Source: Nemertoderma westbladi
Lineage: Eukaryota; Animalia; Xenacoelomorpha
Length of the DNA stretch: 64,000 nucleotides
Assembly (NCBI GenBank): GCA_032718475.1
Contig: JAUCBJ010003882.1
Span: 1-64,000 of the forward strand
Direction: 5' to 3'
The notes below the pieces were generated by a model. It had not been told where the DNA came from. It saw only the letters and a list, made by a program, of their open reading frames with translations, and ran no database searches. Positions 1-13,942 of the stretch are shown piece after piece. A program made the translations under genes and the position numbers. Within the stretch, counting starts at the first letter, position 1, and each line of letters opens with the position of its first letter.

Positions 1-1096
1 GTATTGCAGCTTATATTCAAGTAGCCTACTACCAATTATCATAGTACCGGATGACCGATATTCTAAGTTTATTGATATTGTAAATCTTATCTGTAGGCCT
101 TTACCGTAATCAATACCATCTTGGAATTACAGTATTACTTGCTGGAAATACTGCTGGAAACAACATTTATCAATGTTCTTCAACATTAATTTAATTAATT
201 CTAGTGTCAAAAGACGCGCAACACTCTCCGCTTTCAATTGATATAAGCCACGTGTAAAATGATGGAGATTAAATGTGTATTTGAATGGATCTAAAGTCAC
301 TGTCCATAGAAAACAAGATAAGAAATTATCAGATCACTTTGTAGTGACGTCAATTCTGTAGCAACCAATCACAGCCTATTATCAAAATTGGCTTCCCGCG
401 CTTACTTAATTAAACCCGGCATTTCGACCGTTTCCTCGTGTTTTTACAAAAAACATACACCGCCACTCGATTCAGGGTACATTGTTACCCCTCATTCGAC
501 TGTTTCTCTTCTAGCCCAAAAACTTTTTCGCGCACCAACTCTATTCAACAATTAAAATAAATATTTGAATTACATGAATTATTTTTTAATGTTAATTTTG
601 CATCTACCACTCGCTTGACTTCCCGATAAATATTTTGAGAAATATTAGGCCTACATGCATATTAAGAAGGAAGGCTGTACTTGAGGCACATATTATTGTT
701 CCCATGAGAGTAGTCACTTTCTTGCAGTCGGGGGAACCTGATTCCCACCCCGGTGATTGGGAAAGAGGATCGATACTGTAGTTATACTTTCTGACATCCT
801 AACTGTTTAGTATAGTTAGGGCGCTCTGAGGTCAATAAAGAAGTGATGCATGGTTATTCAATATGATACAATAGGCAGCATTACCCCACCGTTATTTAAA
901 GTAATTGCTGCCAAGAAGCAACTTAGTTAAACAAAAGCTTTGAATTCCTTTTAGATAACAAGTTCATTAAACTGTCAACGCTTAACTACGCGAAATAATT
1001 GATTATAAATGAAATAGAAAGTGGAGAATTAAATGAAGTCAGTAATTGTGAGCTGCCGAAAATAAATAGTAATGAATTTTGATAAGAACACTTTAA

Positions 1097-2761
1097 GAGT
1101 AGCACACACTAGAGAAACATATAAACGCGAGTAGCACACACTAGAGAAACATATAAACGCGAGTAGCACACACTAGAGAAACATATAAACGAGTAGCACA
1201 CACTAGAGAAACATATAAACGATTAGCACACACTAGAGAAACATATAAACGAGTAGCACACACTAGAGAAACATATAAACGATTAGCACACACTAGAGAA
1301 ACATATAAACGAGTAGCACACACTAGAGAAACATATAAACTAGTAGCACACACTAGAGAAACATATAAACTAGTAGCACACACTAGAGAAACATATAAAC
1401 GAGTAGCACACACTAGAGAAACATATAAACGATTAGCACACACTAGAGAAACATATAAACTAGTAGCACACACTAGAGAAACATATAAACGAGTAGCACA
1501 CACTAGAGAAACATATAAACGATTAGCACACACTAGAGAAACATATAAACGAGTAGCATACACTAGAGAAACATATAAACGAGTAGCACACACTAGAGAA
1601 ACATATAAACTAGTAGCACACACTAGAGAAACATATAAACGCGAGTAGCACACACTAGAGAAACATATAAACGATTAGCACACACTAGAGAAACATATAA
1701 ACGAGTAGCACACACTAGAGAAACATATAAACGCGAGTAGCACACACTAGATAAACATATAAACGCGAGTAGCACACACTAGAGAAACATATAAACTAGT
1801 GGCACCCACTAGAGAAACATATAAACGCGAGTAGCACACACTAGAGAAACATATAAACGCGAGTAGCACACACTAGAGAAACATATAAACGCGAGTAGCA
1901 CACACTAGAGAAACATATAAACTAGTAGCACACACTAGAGAAACATATAAACTAGTAGCACACACTAGAGAAACATATAAACTAGTAGCACACACTAGAG
2001 AAACATATAAACGAGTAGCACACACTAGGGAAACATATAAACGAGTAGCACACACTAGGGAAACATATAAACGAGTAGCACACACTAGTGAAACATATAA
2101 ACGAGTAGCACACACTAGAGAAACATATAAACTAGTAGCACACACTAGAGAAACATATAAACGAGCAGCACACACTAGGGAAACATATAAACGAGTAGCA
2201 CACACTAGGGAAACATATAAACGAGTAGCACACACTAGAGAAACATATAAACGAGTAGCACACACTAGAGAAACATATAAACGAGTAGCACACACTAGGG
2301 AAACATATAAACGAGTAGCACACACTAGGGAAACATATAAACGAGTAGCACACACTAGAGAAACATATAAACGAGTAGCACACACTAGAGAAACATATAA
2401 ACGAGTAGCACACACTAGAGAAACATATAAATGAGTAGCACACACTAGGGAAACATATAAACGAGTAGCACACACTAGGGAAACATATAAACGAGTAGCA
2501 CACACTAGAGAAACATATAAACGAGTAGCACACACTAGAGAAACATATAAACTAGTAGCACACACTAGAGAAACATATAAACGCGAGTAGCACACACTAG
2601 AGAAACATATAAACGCGAGTAGCACACACTAGAGAAACATATAAACGCGAGTAGCACACACTAGAGAAACATATAAACTAGTAGCACACACTAGAGAAAC
2701 ATATAAACTAGTAGCACACACTAGAGAAACATATAAACTAGTAGCACACACTAGAGAAACA
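1097..2761. repeat. 30-bp tandem minisatellite (GAGTAGCACACACTAGAGAAACATATAAAC)n, ~55 copies, with occasional 32-bp variants
   Basis: Directly visible periodicity; the ORFs 1141-2889 (RLYVSLVCAT repeats) are its translation. Confidence 0.98.
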
Positions 2762-2762
2762 C

Positions 2763-3063
2763 ATACGAGTGATGGATTGTTATACAAAAAATTGTCCATT
2801 AGGCCAGGGATTACGCACAAAGTCTCAATAATTATTACCAGTGCGGTCCCCCAAGACCTATATTCCCCAGAGGAAACTCCAGTACTCATTTAGCTACCAT
2901 TTACGGAAGGAAGAGATGCGCCACGGCTAACAAGTCTGTTTATTGTCTTTAAAGTATTCGTGCCGAAACGAAAACTACCGTAGCCCCCATGATGGGATCA
3001 AACCCACGACCTAAGGAGATGTGAATTCAATCAGCCGATTTAACCAACTACGCCAAGGTGGAA
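2763..3063 (-). mobile_element. tRNA-derived SINE (head and body); its 3' side runs into the 30-bp minisatellite
   Basis: Minus strand reads TTCCACCTTGGCGTAGTTGGTT (A box)...GGTCGTGGGTTTGATCCC (B box)...GGCACGAATACTTTAAAG; a homologous head lies at 50311 on +. Confidence 0.7.
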
Positions 3064-3377
3064 TAACTTAAGTACTGTGATAGTAGTGATCGTAAATCAT
3101 AAATACAACGAAAATACTGTTCAAACTTTATTTTCCAGTATAAAAAATTTCGTGAATGTGGTATTTATGTTGTTAAAGAATTAGAAATTGGAATTTTAAC
3201 AAATTATGGTCATATGAACTTCTAGGATAATAAATATACACTACTATTATACACACACACACCAAAAATGCCTACTCAATCTCATAGATATGATGTACCT
3301 TATAACTTCATGAACACTACTAAAGATATATCTAATACCGTAGTGATTCTTAAGGTACATTGTGAAAGCCCCAGTTC

Positions 3378-5200
3378 TAACACCAGTTCTAACAGAAATT
3401 GGTACTTACTTTTAGACCTAATGGAAGAATGTGAATTGATACCAACAAACAACACATTCGAAAAGAGTAAGGGGAAGCTATGGACCTTTCAATACCCTAA
3501 TGGAACCAAAGCACAACTGGATTACATCCTCATAAACAAAAAGTGGAGAAACAGCATGATCAACTGCGAGGCATACAGCTCGTTCAACCTAATTGGTTCG
3601 GACCACAGAATTGTGACTGCAGAGATCAGACTCAGTTTGAGAGCCAGCAAACCCAGGACAAGCAAGCAAATCAAATATGACTGGGAAAAACTCAGAACTG
3701 ACAAAGCTGTAAAGGATGCTTATACAGTAGAAGTTCAAAACCGCTTTGAAGCACTTCAGTCAATGGATGAAGACCAATCCACCAATTCAATATACCAGAA
3801 TATAATAACAGCCCACAAGGAATCAGCTAAGAGGCATATCCCCCAGAAACCCAAACGAAAACAATATGTGCCATGGCAAAACTCTGAGGTTACTTGTAAG
3901 AGAGAAGATCTTAAGATAGCCTACAAAGTTAAAACCGAACAACCAACAACCGAAAACATTAACAAGGTTGAGAAAGCTAAGGAGGATCTTAAATTGGCCT
4001 ACAACACAGCAAGGAAAAGTACATACAGGATAAAACTGAAGCAATTACAACTGCTCACATACAGCAACAATCAAGACTTACCTGGCAAACTGTAAATGAG
4101 GTATCTGGTCGGAAAAGTTGTGCAAAGGGGCGCCTCAAAACCGATAGTCCTGAAGAACGTGTTGGGAAGTGGAAAAATCACTTCAGCAACTTGCTTGGGC
4201 AGCCACCAAACATCGAGGTCAGCCCTACAAGGAAAATATATGACAAGACACTACCTATAGAAACAGGGGACTTCACACCTGCCGAACTCCAAAGAAGCAT
4301 TAAAAGCATGTCCAATAATAAAGCGAGTGGATTAGATGAAATCCCAGCGGAGGTATGGAAAACCGGAGTGCTAAACAGACCATTATTGAATGTTTGCAAC
4401 CGGATGTTAAAAGGGGAAAAGCCACCACCAATTTGGACTAATGGTCAACTAAAGCCTCTCCCCAAGAAAGGAGACCTCGGCATACCAACAAACTATCGTG
4501 GGATCTGTCTGCTTGTGGTAGCTGCCAAAATATACAATAAAATGATTCTATATAGGATTAGGCCTCACATAGAGAAACTACTGCGTAAGAGCCAAAACGG
4601 ATTTCGACCAAGTAGATCAACAATAGCTCAGATACTTGCACTACGGAGACTGATTGAAGGAATTAAGTCAAAGAATCTCCACGCTGTCATGACTTTTGTG
4701 GACTTCAAGAAGGCATTCGACTCCATCCATAGAGGTAAAATGCTTGAAATCCTAAGAGCTTATGGAATACCAGAAGTAATTGTTGCTGGCATTGGATTGT
4801 TATATTGTGACACAGAAGCGCAGGTACTCTCACCAGATGGTGAAACTGAGTTTTTCTCAATCCTGGCTGGCGTACTGCAAGGTGACACATTAGCACCATT
4901 ACTATTTGTAATTGTGCTGCATTACGCAATGAGGACGGCCACAAAGGGTGAAGACCTGGGATTCACACTTCAAGAACGCAGAAGCAGTAGATATCCGGCA
5001 ACTACAGTCACAGACACCGACTTTGCGGATGACATCGCCCTGCTCTCAAATACCCTAGCAGATGCACAGCTTCTACTAAATAAAGTGAAGAGGGCTGCTA
5101 AGGAGGTTGGATTGCATATAAATGCTACAAAGACCGAATTCATGACCTTTAATGTTGATGGAAACTTGACAACCATTGATAATAATCAACTAAGGAAGGT
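3378..5200 (+). mobile_element. RTE-clade non-LTR retrotransposon fragment (APE C-terminal part plus RT), truncated at both ends and frameshifted
   Basis: ORFs 3268-4095 (QLDYIL, SDH endonuclease motifs) and 4191-5273 (QGDTLAP, FADD); near-identical to 35613-37432. Confidence 0.95.
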
Positions 5201-5790
5201 GAAATTGGCTAAAACAAATTTTTTTCGAATTATGGAGGTGAGCTCCACAAAATGTTATTGGTTAAAATTTTGAGTTTTGCGTTTTTATGAAAATTAATTA
5301 ATTAATATTTAGCAAAATTTTAACAAATTTTCGCTTTAATCTGAAAAATTGGCTGTAAAAACAGAAAAAAAATTCCAACCGAAGAATTACCAAACCCTTT
5401 CGAATGAGAAAAAAAAAGAAAATGGGTTAAAAAATGGAGGAGTAGTAATTTGAAAAATTAAAAATGTCATTCCGAGATAATTGCCTTCAATAATTGCCTC
5501 AGTTTAAACCTCCCGCCAAAACTGTCTACCTGTGCTCTGTTTGGGGCATAAAGGAAGCACACGACCGTGCTAAAACTTTCATTATTGGGGTTTTCGGAGT
5601 GAGTTTAAAGTTTTGGCGGAAACTAGACTGTCTGTCTGTTGGTTGTCTGTCTTTCTTACAATTTGACGGACAGACCGTCATACGGAAAAACGGCGATAAA
5701 TCGACACCTAAAAGAGAGTCTGAGAGTCTCGTCTCGCGGTTTTCAGAGTTGAAATCCTCATTAAATTCATTAAATTAGATTAAAATATTA
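5201..5790. repeat. Dispersed non-autonomous DNA-element-like repeat, related to ~42480-42800
   Basis: Shared segment AAAAATGG(CGG)AGGAGTAGT...CATTCCG.GATAATTGCCTT...GTTT.AACCT..CGC.AAAA and GTCT microsatellite traces in both places. Confidence 0.45.
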
Positions 5791-6021
5791 AATAAAAAAC
5801 AAATATTTGAAATTTTCACATGAGGGTAGGGGGGGGGGGGGGGTAGGCTATAGGCTGTACTACCCACTTAAATTCGTCCTGGATGTCGCGGAAACAGTGG
5901 CTCGCCCCTACATAAAAAAAGGAGGGAGGTTGATGGTGAAAGAATTAAATAAATTTTTGAAGAGATTGTGATATCATACAGAAACAGAAATAATATAATA
6001 AATAAATAAATAAAATAATTG

Positions 6022-8078
6022 TCAGAAACTGTCATCGGATGTAACATTAAAATTTAAATTATCATAATTAAAACCGAAACAATTCACGTCACGTGACGGT
6101 TGAGGAGGCGAGTTCGTGGGAAACTCGTTGTCCAACGTAGAAACGAGATCAAAGAGAGTAGGCGCCGACAGTCTGGTAGTCGTTAACCCGTTGTTAGTAG
6201 CAACCAGACTTGTTTCACTTTGTATGGCAGCATCTTCTACAACTCTGGGGTCCGTTTGTCGGGTGTCCGTTTGTGGGAAGGTAACTTCAGGTCTGTTGTC
6301 GGTTTGTCTGTTAATAACGTCATGTTTGGTGTCGGTTTGTCTGTTAATAACATCGGTTTTGGTTTCGGTTTTTCTGTTAATGATGTCATTTTTGGTGTCG
6401 GTTTGTCTGTTAATAACGTCATTTTTGGTGTCGGTTTGTCTGTTAATAACGTCATTTTTGGTGTCGGTTTGTCTGTTAATAACGTCATTTTTGGTGTCGG
6501 TTTGTCTGTTAATAACGTCGGTTTTGGTGTCGGTTTGTCTGTTAATAACGTCGGTTTTGGTGTCGGTTTGTCTGTTAATAACGTCGGTTTTGGTGTCGGT
6601 TTGTCTGTTAATAACGCCAAGTATGATATCTGATTGTTTGGCACTTTCACACTCATTATTGTGGTTATCCCAGTAATTATCCGAACTGCTACACAAACGC
6701 GACTGTTTCATGACAGGTATGTAATATTCCTCCTCGCAGACGGAAACCTGCTGACCGATTAACCCGTTTCCTATCTGCCCCTCGTGTGTGCCACGATGCC
6801 ATATAGAGGCAACCAGCCCCGCCACTGACTCACCTTGACGAGAATTAATCCCCTCGCATTCCAAGTTCGGCTGCCGGTAGGCAAACGGGACCCGCCCACT
6901 TCCTTCAGTCCCCGAGGTAAAGACGCCCGAATTGCCGAAATCGTCATGACGACCAACACGGGAAGATGCAGATTGCCTAGTAGATGATGTATCCTCAGGG
7001 GGGCGGTAGGGTTCGGCTGGTAGTTGAGTAAGAAGTACCTCGGAGACAGGGTCGTTGGCTAGGCGGCCTGTTTCCGCCGTCCTGCAGGAATCCAGGCACG
7101 CCGGGCCGCCATCTAATGCATCCCGCCATCCATGATAGTCGCTCTGCTGATAATCAAGTGTTTGGGCTGTGAGGATGTAGTCGGATTGGTCAGATGGGGC
7201 ATGGAGCAAGGCCGGTTGATTAAGCCATGTGTCATTGCGATTTCTATTAGTAACATTGACAGTGTTTGTAATCTTTGTAGCTGTGTGTACAAACGGGCGG
7301 TATGTTTGGTCCCGGTTGCCGGTTACCTGTTGCACAAACAGCCCCCCGCTAATCTCCGGGCTCTCGGTTCCTGTTTGAATCCCGTAGGGGAGGATATTGG
7401 TTCCCGAGCGCGAGCGGTGGTCCGGAACAAATGTGTTGTTGTGCGAATCGGATGGCGGTGGGATAGATGAAAGGGGCGACAGTGGTAATGCGGTACTAGC
7501 ACTGGTAGATAGTGAATGCGGACAACTCGTAGTAGAATTGGTAGATACGAATTGCTGAGAATTTGTAGTAGAAATGGTAAATGATTTTGCAATCGGCAAT
7601 ACTGGAGCAGCGGTACCAGTGTCGCAATATGATGCTTTACCCCAAATCGGTTGAAACGAACTGATTAATTTCTTATCAGTTTTTAGATTTCGAAAGTTTT
7701 CAGTTTCTCTATCCCCAAATGAATCGTCGCCGCTTATAAACAACCAATCATCATTACGCGAAGAATTATTCTTCTGTGAATCCGGATTACTCGTGGAATC
7801 CGGCGAATGATTAATCTCGGAACTTTCCGATTGATTAATCTCGGAATCTTCCGGTTCTTTAATCTCGGAATCTTCCGGTTGTCCGATTTCGAAAACCTCT
7901 CGATCGCTGATCTCTTCATCCGATAATATTGGAACTTCAGTTTCTTCAATATCGACAGCAGACAATACTACTCTACGTGCGGGTTTCTGAACTTCCTTTA
8001 GCTCCCTTGGCTGTTCGATATGGCAACGTTTTTGCGACGATTCCGGAAGCTTCACTTCAGAGTGGGTGCAGCTGAAAT
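6022..8078 (-). CDS. DCLRE1C: Probable terminal exon of Artemis: long disordered C-terminal tail with coding tandem repeats
   Basis: 677-aa open frame; poly-T acceptor TTTTTTTAG|AT at 8079/8078 is phase 1 and matches the phase-1 donor at 39406 (G|AT = Asp); DDWLF resembles human Artemis DDYLF; the vertebrate Artemis tail is also one large last exon. Confidence 0.7.
6262..6617 (-). repeat. 33-bp coding tandem repeat (DVINRQTDTKT/N x ~10-11)
   Basis: GTCGGTTTGTCTGTTAATAACGTCGGTTTTGGT repeated in frame within the 6022-8078 exon. Confidence 0.95.
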
Positions 8079-8578
8079 CTAAAAAAAATAAAAAAACGGA
8101 AGCTAATCATAAACAGCAAATCATAAACAGCAAATCATAAACAGCCAATAATTTTGCGGAGATGCAGTAGTTTATTGTTAAACTTGAACTTTGTTAAACG
8201 TTTGTAACTTTTGGTAAGATACATATTGAGTTGATAGAATATTATTTCAAGTATCAATTAAACACGCATGCAAGGCCCAGATACAAGATGTCAATTGTAA
8301 GTTCTAAATATTTTTAATTCAGTACTTTAAATGCTGTCTTCAAAAACATACATTACAATTACAAGCAATTTAATTAAGATTAAAATCTGAATCAACTACA
8401 TAATAAATTAATTTATTCTGGAGTAAGGTAATTTGCAGATTTGGGATTACTATATTATGTGAACACTAGGTGGCGCTTTTTGGAAAATTGGTAGTACCAA
8501 ATCATATCGGTAGTTGGCATTGTCTTGTTGTCGTTTTATTGCAAAATTTCAGTAACTTAATGAACAACTGCCTGCCGG

Positions 8579-10147
8579 TGTGGGGCGAGCCACGAAGTGA
8601 GTGAGCCTTAGCGTAGTGGTACCATTAATCAACCTGTCGTTCTGTCGTTCTGTCGTTCTGTCGTTCTGTCGTGTTCAATTTTAAACGTTAATAACTCGGC
8701 CAATCTTTGATGAAATCTATCCAAACTTGGTACACATGTTGTTTGGCAAAAGTTTAGAAATTTTCCAAGTAGAATTTCCGTGTGGCCTTCGAGAAGCTAA
8801 GATAATAGCAGTTAATTAGTTAATTAAGTTGATTGCGGTGAAAACGCCATTTTCAACCTGCCTTTTAAAGGAAATTAATTGTTTTACAGTATAAGATTTA
8901 AATAATTATACTTAAAAATTATACAGATATAATCCCCATACGCCATTCTATTATAGTTTTTAATTAGTTTAAGTGATTTGCTTTAATAAATGTGTCTTTA
9001 ATTGATCTAAACGTAATTAAACCGCACAATTATTGAGTACAAATTTAATCCTTCCCATTATTGGTCAAGTCTCTGCTGGTGTGGAGCTAGCTGCTGGGAG
9101 TTGTGGCTGTAGACTAACCTGAGAGGAATTGTAATAGAGGCAACCAGTATTGCTATTCCAGCCCAATCACTGAATTGTGTTTATTATAGGCTGGACGGGC
9201 CGCATAACCGTTCGACTATTACTACTATTGCTATCTCAGTTAAATGACAGATATAATAACATAAATACAATCCATGGCATGGCTGTTGTAGGCTTCTGAA
9301 ATAGTTTATTCCACAATGTATATGTCTGGTTATTTTTTAATTGAATTTTTGCAAAGTAGTAAAATTAATGTTCTTAAAAATAATATTATTATTTTATATG
9401 TAACCTAGGAAATTAGCTACATTTTTTCGCTGCAGCTTTAAGAGTGTACATTGATTTAATATTATTTCAATACCCATATTACTACATCGGCATAAGATGC
9501 GTTGGCGTTGTATCACACATCTCCACATATCACACATCTCCACATAGATGTATCAACAGTTACTCGCACAGTTTCGAAACTTCGCATAGTTATAACTGTA
9601 TAAAGATCGTCAGTCTGCGTTTAGGAAAAATATTTTATGACAAAACAGGACAAGCGACGAGCGCAACGAGGCATATAATGAAGACGAGTACTGCGTTGAC
9701 TAAATTATTATATAAACCACCTGGCTTCACATATTGATCGCATCCCTAGTTATTATTATTATAAAGATCGTCCTAGCTTGCGTTTAAGAAATATATTTAA
9801 ATACAAAACAGGACGAACGCAAAGAGGCTTATAATGAAAACGAGTACTGCGTTTATTATATTCCTATAAACCACCTGGCTTTGCATATTTAACGTGCGAT
9901 TGGAAATAAGTTCGTGCTACCCTTCCGTGGGTGGTAGATGTCGCGGTTATGTATTGGTGGTTGGGAAGGGTGGGGGGGGGGGGGGGGGGGGGAGATTAAA
10001 AGGGGTGAACACGTACTGTCCACCTTTCTTTGATTGATTGGTGGTGTGGGTAAATTTCTCAAAACCTGATTTTGTGATACAGTCGCTGCATTTTAATTTG
10101 TATATAATAACTAGGCCTCGTGCTGCGCGAAGTCCCCACGAACGTGT
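8579..10147 (+). mobile_element. ~1.57-kb non-autonomous element of the TGT-bounded hairpin-end family (copy A)
   Basis: Left end TGTGGGGCGAGCCACGAAG...GAGCCTTAGCG, then (CTGTCGTT)n, an internal ~160-bp duplication, and right end TCGTGCTGCGCGAAGTCCCCACGAACGTGT; inverted near-identical copy at 55649-57235. Confidence 0.9.
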
Positions 10148-12764
10148 CCATAACGCCTATAGAACAGTAGTAGTGCAGTAGGACTGTAGTAGTTCCTATA
10201 ATAAATTGTTAAATTATAATATAATTTACAGCAGCTGCAGATGCCAATGTTTACACTGTATTCCTCCATATCCCATATTAATAAACATTACCATAATATC
10301 CATACACTCAACCCCCCCCCCCCCCCCACCTCAATTTTGTTTACCTCAATGTTTATTTCAATGTATATGGCATGAAATATGAAACAGAGATTGTAGCTGA
10401 GAGGTAGCGACTGTAACATTACACAACTTCTTTCCCATTATAGAAGAATAAAGTAAAATACACTTGTAACCCCCCTCCCGTATTCTTCTTTTGACATGTA
10501 ATTTCAATGGATCACCTTATAATTTTTTGCTAAAATTATCCTGTGTTTGACTGAAAATCCGCTCTGCCCAGATCCATAACAACTATCAAACAATAAATAA
10601 GTTGAATATAAGATTCAACAGCTCAAAGAATATTAAATCAGTGGAGAATTTAGGAGCAAATGTTTAATACAATTATCATGGCATTGATTGAAAACTTAAA
10701 TTTTAATAACAGCCGTGGTGCCTGTCAATCAATCAACAGGCTTTACATGTAGTTCCACTGAAGGTCAGAAATCAAATTTATAAGTAATTTTCTTTCAGTA
10801 ATTGCTTGCGGTTAACGCAACAGTAATCTTGTACCCTATGTGTAGGGTGGTTATCAACTTCTGTGAACTAGGCGCACGCTTCTAAAAATGACCAACCAAA
10901 ATGGTTTTATTTCAATAAATAAATAGTTCGGAATCCACAAACCATTAGTTTAACACAAACTAAAAGTATTTCAGTTCCACCTGGATTGTCATTATTGTAG
11001 CAAAAACAAAATATTAAATTCTTGATTTTTCTCCTCGAAATATTTAACATTTAATTTACGGGGAAATAAATATTTAAATGTAAATTAAACAGCTGACTTT
11101 AAAAATTATTGCGAATTTCAGTATATATATTTATAATATAAATGCTTATATTATCGAAATAAATTGTTACTCATATTCATTGGAAAATAACTATTTACAT
11201 ACTTGTGTGTAAAGTAGCACTTTACAGTGTGATAATCCGAGTGGCTTTGTTACACGAACGAACGTTAGTGAGTGAGTGAAAATAAAGCCACAAGGATCAG
11301 AATGCTTGTATATATAGAAGATTTAAACATTTGCAGGTACCCCTTCGAATCCATAAATACATTTTCAATTTGTTGTTTATATGTTTTAACATCCATGAGA
11401 TTGTATAAATTATTACAAATTTTCAATTTTTTTATATTATAAAGAATTTAATGCTTAGAAACCAGATCCTTTGCATGTCATAACTTGGCACTGTTGTACG
11501 ACTATCCTGACTGACTTGAAACGTAAGTCAATGCGTCGACTACCATCAGAAACAGTCAAACACACGAAGCTGTCACTTAGTAATTACCTATTGTTATGCT
11601 AATTAAAACAGTAGAAACATAACGCCACCTATTGTCTGATCATATGGTGCACTAAATTGTGTATTGTATAGCACTGGAGCTTTACGTAATACAATAACCA
11701 TTTGTCTACCGATAATTTAAAGAGAAAATGGGCCCTAATTAATTAATCAAACCATATTATACACACACCTTATTGGGACAGCTATTGTAGATACTTATAA
11801 CAGAGGTATATCACCCTAAGCACGTTCTGTTTATAAAATAAAACGATTCAAGAAAATTTAATAGCATCAGGTTAGATTTGTTTGTAAACTATGTAGGGTA
11901 GGCGGTAGCTTTACAATATTATCATTTTCTTTTGGGGCAGCTTAGCGAATACCAGTTATAATTTTGGCGGACTTAGACCGACATTTAAGAAAAAAAATAA
12001 AACAATAGACAGTGATTTATAGTGAAAGTAATTACGTCCCATGTTGCGTCTTTTGACTTAGTCCACACGACGCACTCTGAAGGCTTACGATTGGTTACTT
12101 TAGGTAGCATTGTACCTGTTACCTGAGCATCCATTAAATGTGTGACGCAAAAAACTTAATGATAATTTTCTTACAACGACTTATTATGACTTACCAGTGG
12201 ACCCCAGGCCTTCAAGTTCTATATGGTGTATTACATGTAGTGTATGTAGTAACATTTCTAATACAATTTTGCCTACTCTCACTCACTACCCTCAGATAAC
12301 AAAGTAATGAAAATGGGATACGAACGGTAGCCAGTTGCGAGTCCATACTAGTTAATGGGGGGGGGGGGGGGGGGGGGGGGTCGATATCGTTGCTGATGAC
12401 ATTACACTTGCTAAGTATTAATTCATCAATCCAAGCAACACAAAATTATTTTACCTTGGGGTTATAACAACCCGCGTATTGAGGAGAAACACTCAGGACT
12501 TATGCCAGACGTGCAGGGTATATTATTATTCTTGTTTGAATCGTTCTTACATCAAATTTTGTGCCGGATAAAATTCAATTAAAAAATAAATATTGTAAAA
12601 GCAATATAATACCGCCTTAGTAAATCCAATTTAAAGAAGAAAATGTGAACAAATTATAACTATATTAAAATATGGCTAATGTAATTTACCAATCAGGATA
12701 CTGAAAGACAGAGGAACTTAAAAATCTTAATATGTGTTCATAACGGCGAGAAAGTGCAACAAAA

Positions 12765-13888
12765 ATGAACTCTAACAGCTTTCGGACACCGCTTGTTATT
12801 ACAACGTTACTCTGGATATGTCAACCAGCTGTTATTCCTGCACGGAGGTGCCCTGCTCTGTGCACCTGTGATGTGAATAACAAACGAACTGAATGTAAAG
12901 ACAAACGTCTAACTAACATACCGGAAGACATACCTGCAGATACTGAGAAACTCATATTCACGGAAAACAACGTGGAAGAAATCAACAGGGTTGATCTCGG
13001 AAATCTATTGGAGCTTAATAGGTTGGTTCTAACTGAGAACAACATCGCAACTATTGGGAAACACGCCTTCACGGATTTAATACATTTAAAACGATTGAAA
13101 TTAGACAGAAATATGATAAACTATATAAATGCGGGGGCGTTTAAAGGTTTATCGAACTTACTTGAACTGGAATTACAAGAGAATCGACTGACAGTTATTG
13201 ACGATGAAACATTTATGGACCTCGAAGGATTGGAGAAGTTGCATCTTCAGTTGAATAACATAGAGAAAATCAGTACGAAGGCTTTTCAGTCTCTTACGTC
13301 GCTACGATATCTATACCTCGGCCACAATGGGCTGTCAGAAATCAACCCTGATTGGTTTAAACCCACGACCAATCTGCTCTCATTGGATCTCTCAGCCAAT
13401 CCATTTGTGGAAATAAACCGAAATACATTCCAGAATCTCGGTGACCTTAACTACTTGTATCTTTCTGCAGTCGACAGTCAAGTGATCACGGATGACGCTT
13501 TTGTGCTCCTCAACAAATTAACTCGTCTCAACATGGAGAACTCCCACCTACCTTCGATACCAGCTACACTAATAAAGCCTCTAATCATTTTACAAGATTT
13601 AAGTTTCAAAAATAACAACATCACAAAATTATCCAGAGGGGAATTCAATCTTGGGACATTGATAAAGCTAAATTTGGATTATAATGAGATTAGCTATATT
13701 GAAAGTAAAACCTTTGCTAACCTATCAGAGTTACAGGAACTTCACCTGGGTGGCAACCGATTGGATTCTCTAGCAGATCAAACTTTCAGTGGCCTATCGA
13801 ATCTCCGCTTCATCGATCTTCATGGTAACCAAATTAGAAGAATCAAGAAAGGGGTGATGCAGAAATTAGTGACTTTGGAAAAATTCTC
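12765..13888 (+). CDS. LRR-Ig-FN3 transmembrane receptor (LIG family; LRRN/LRFN/LINGO-like), exon 1: signal peptide, LRRNT and LRR array
   Basis: CPALCTC...C LRRNT and repeated LxxLxLxxNxI; donor TC|GTAAGT (phase 2). Confidence 0.93.
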
Positions 13889-13942
13889 GTAAGTGGTTTA
13901 TTTAATTCTTTATTAGAAAGAGACCTTTATTGGGCGCCGTTA

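Noticed and set aside
9444-9737. 97-aa ORF (and its mirror 56050-56274) as the element's transposase
   Set aside because: No recognisable catalytic motifs and the reading frame start differs between copies
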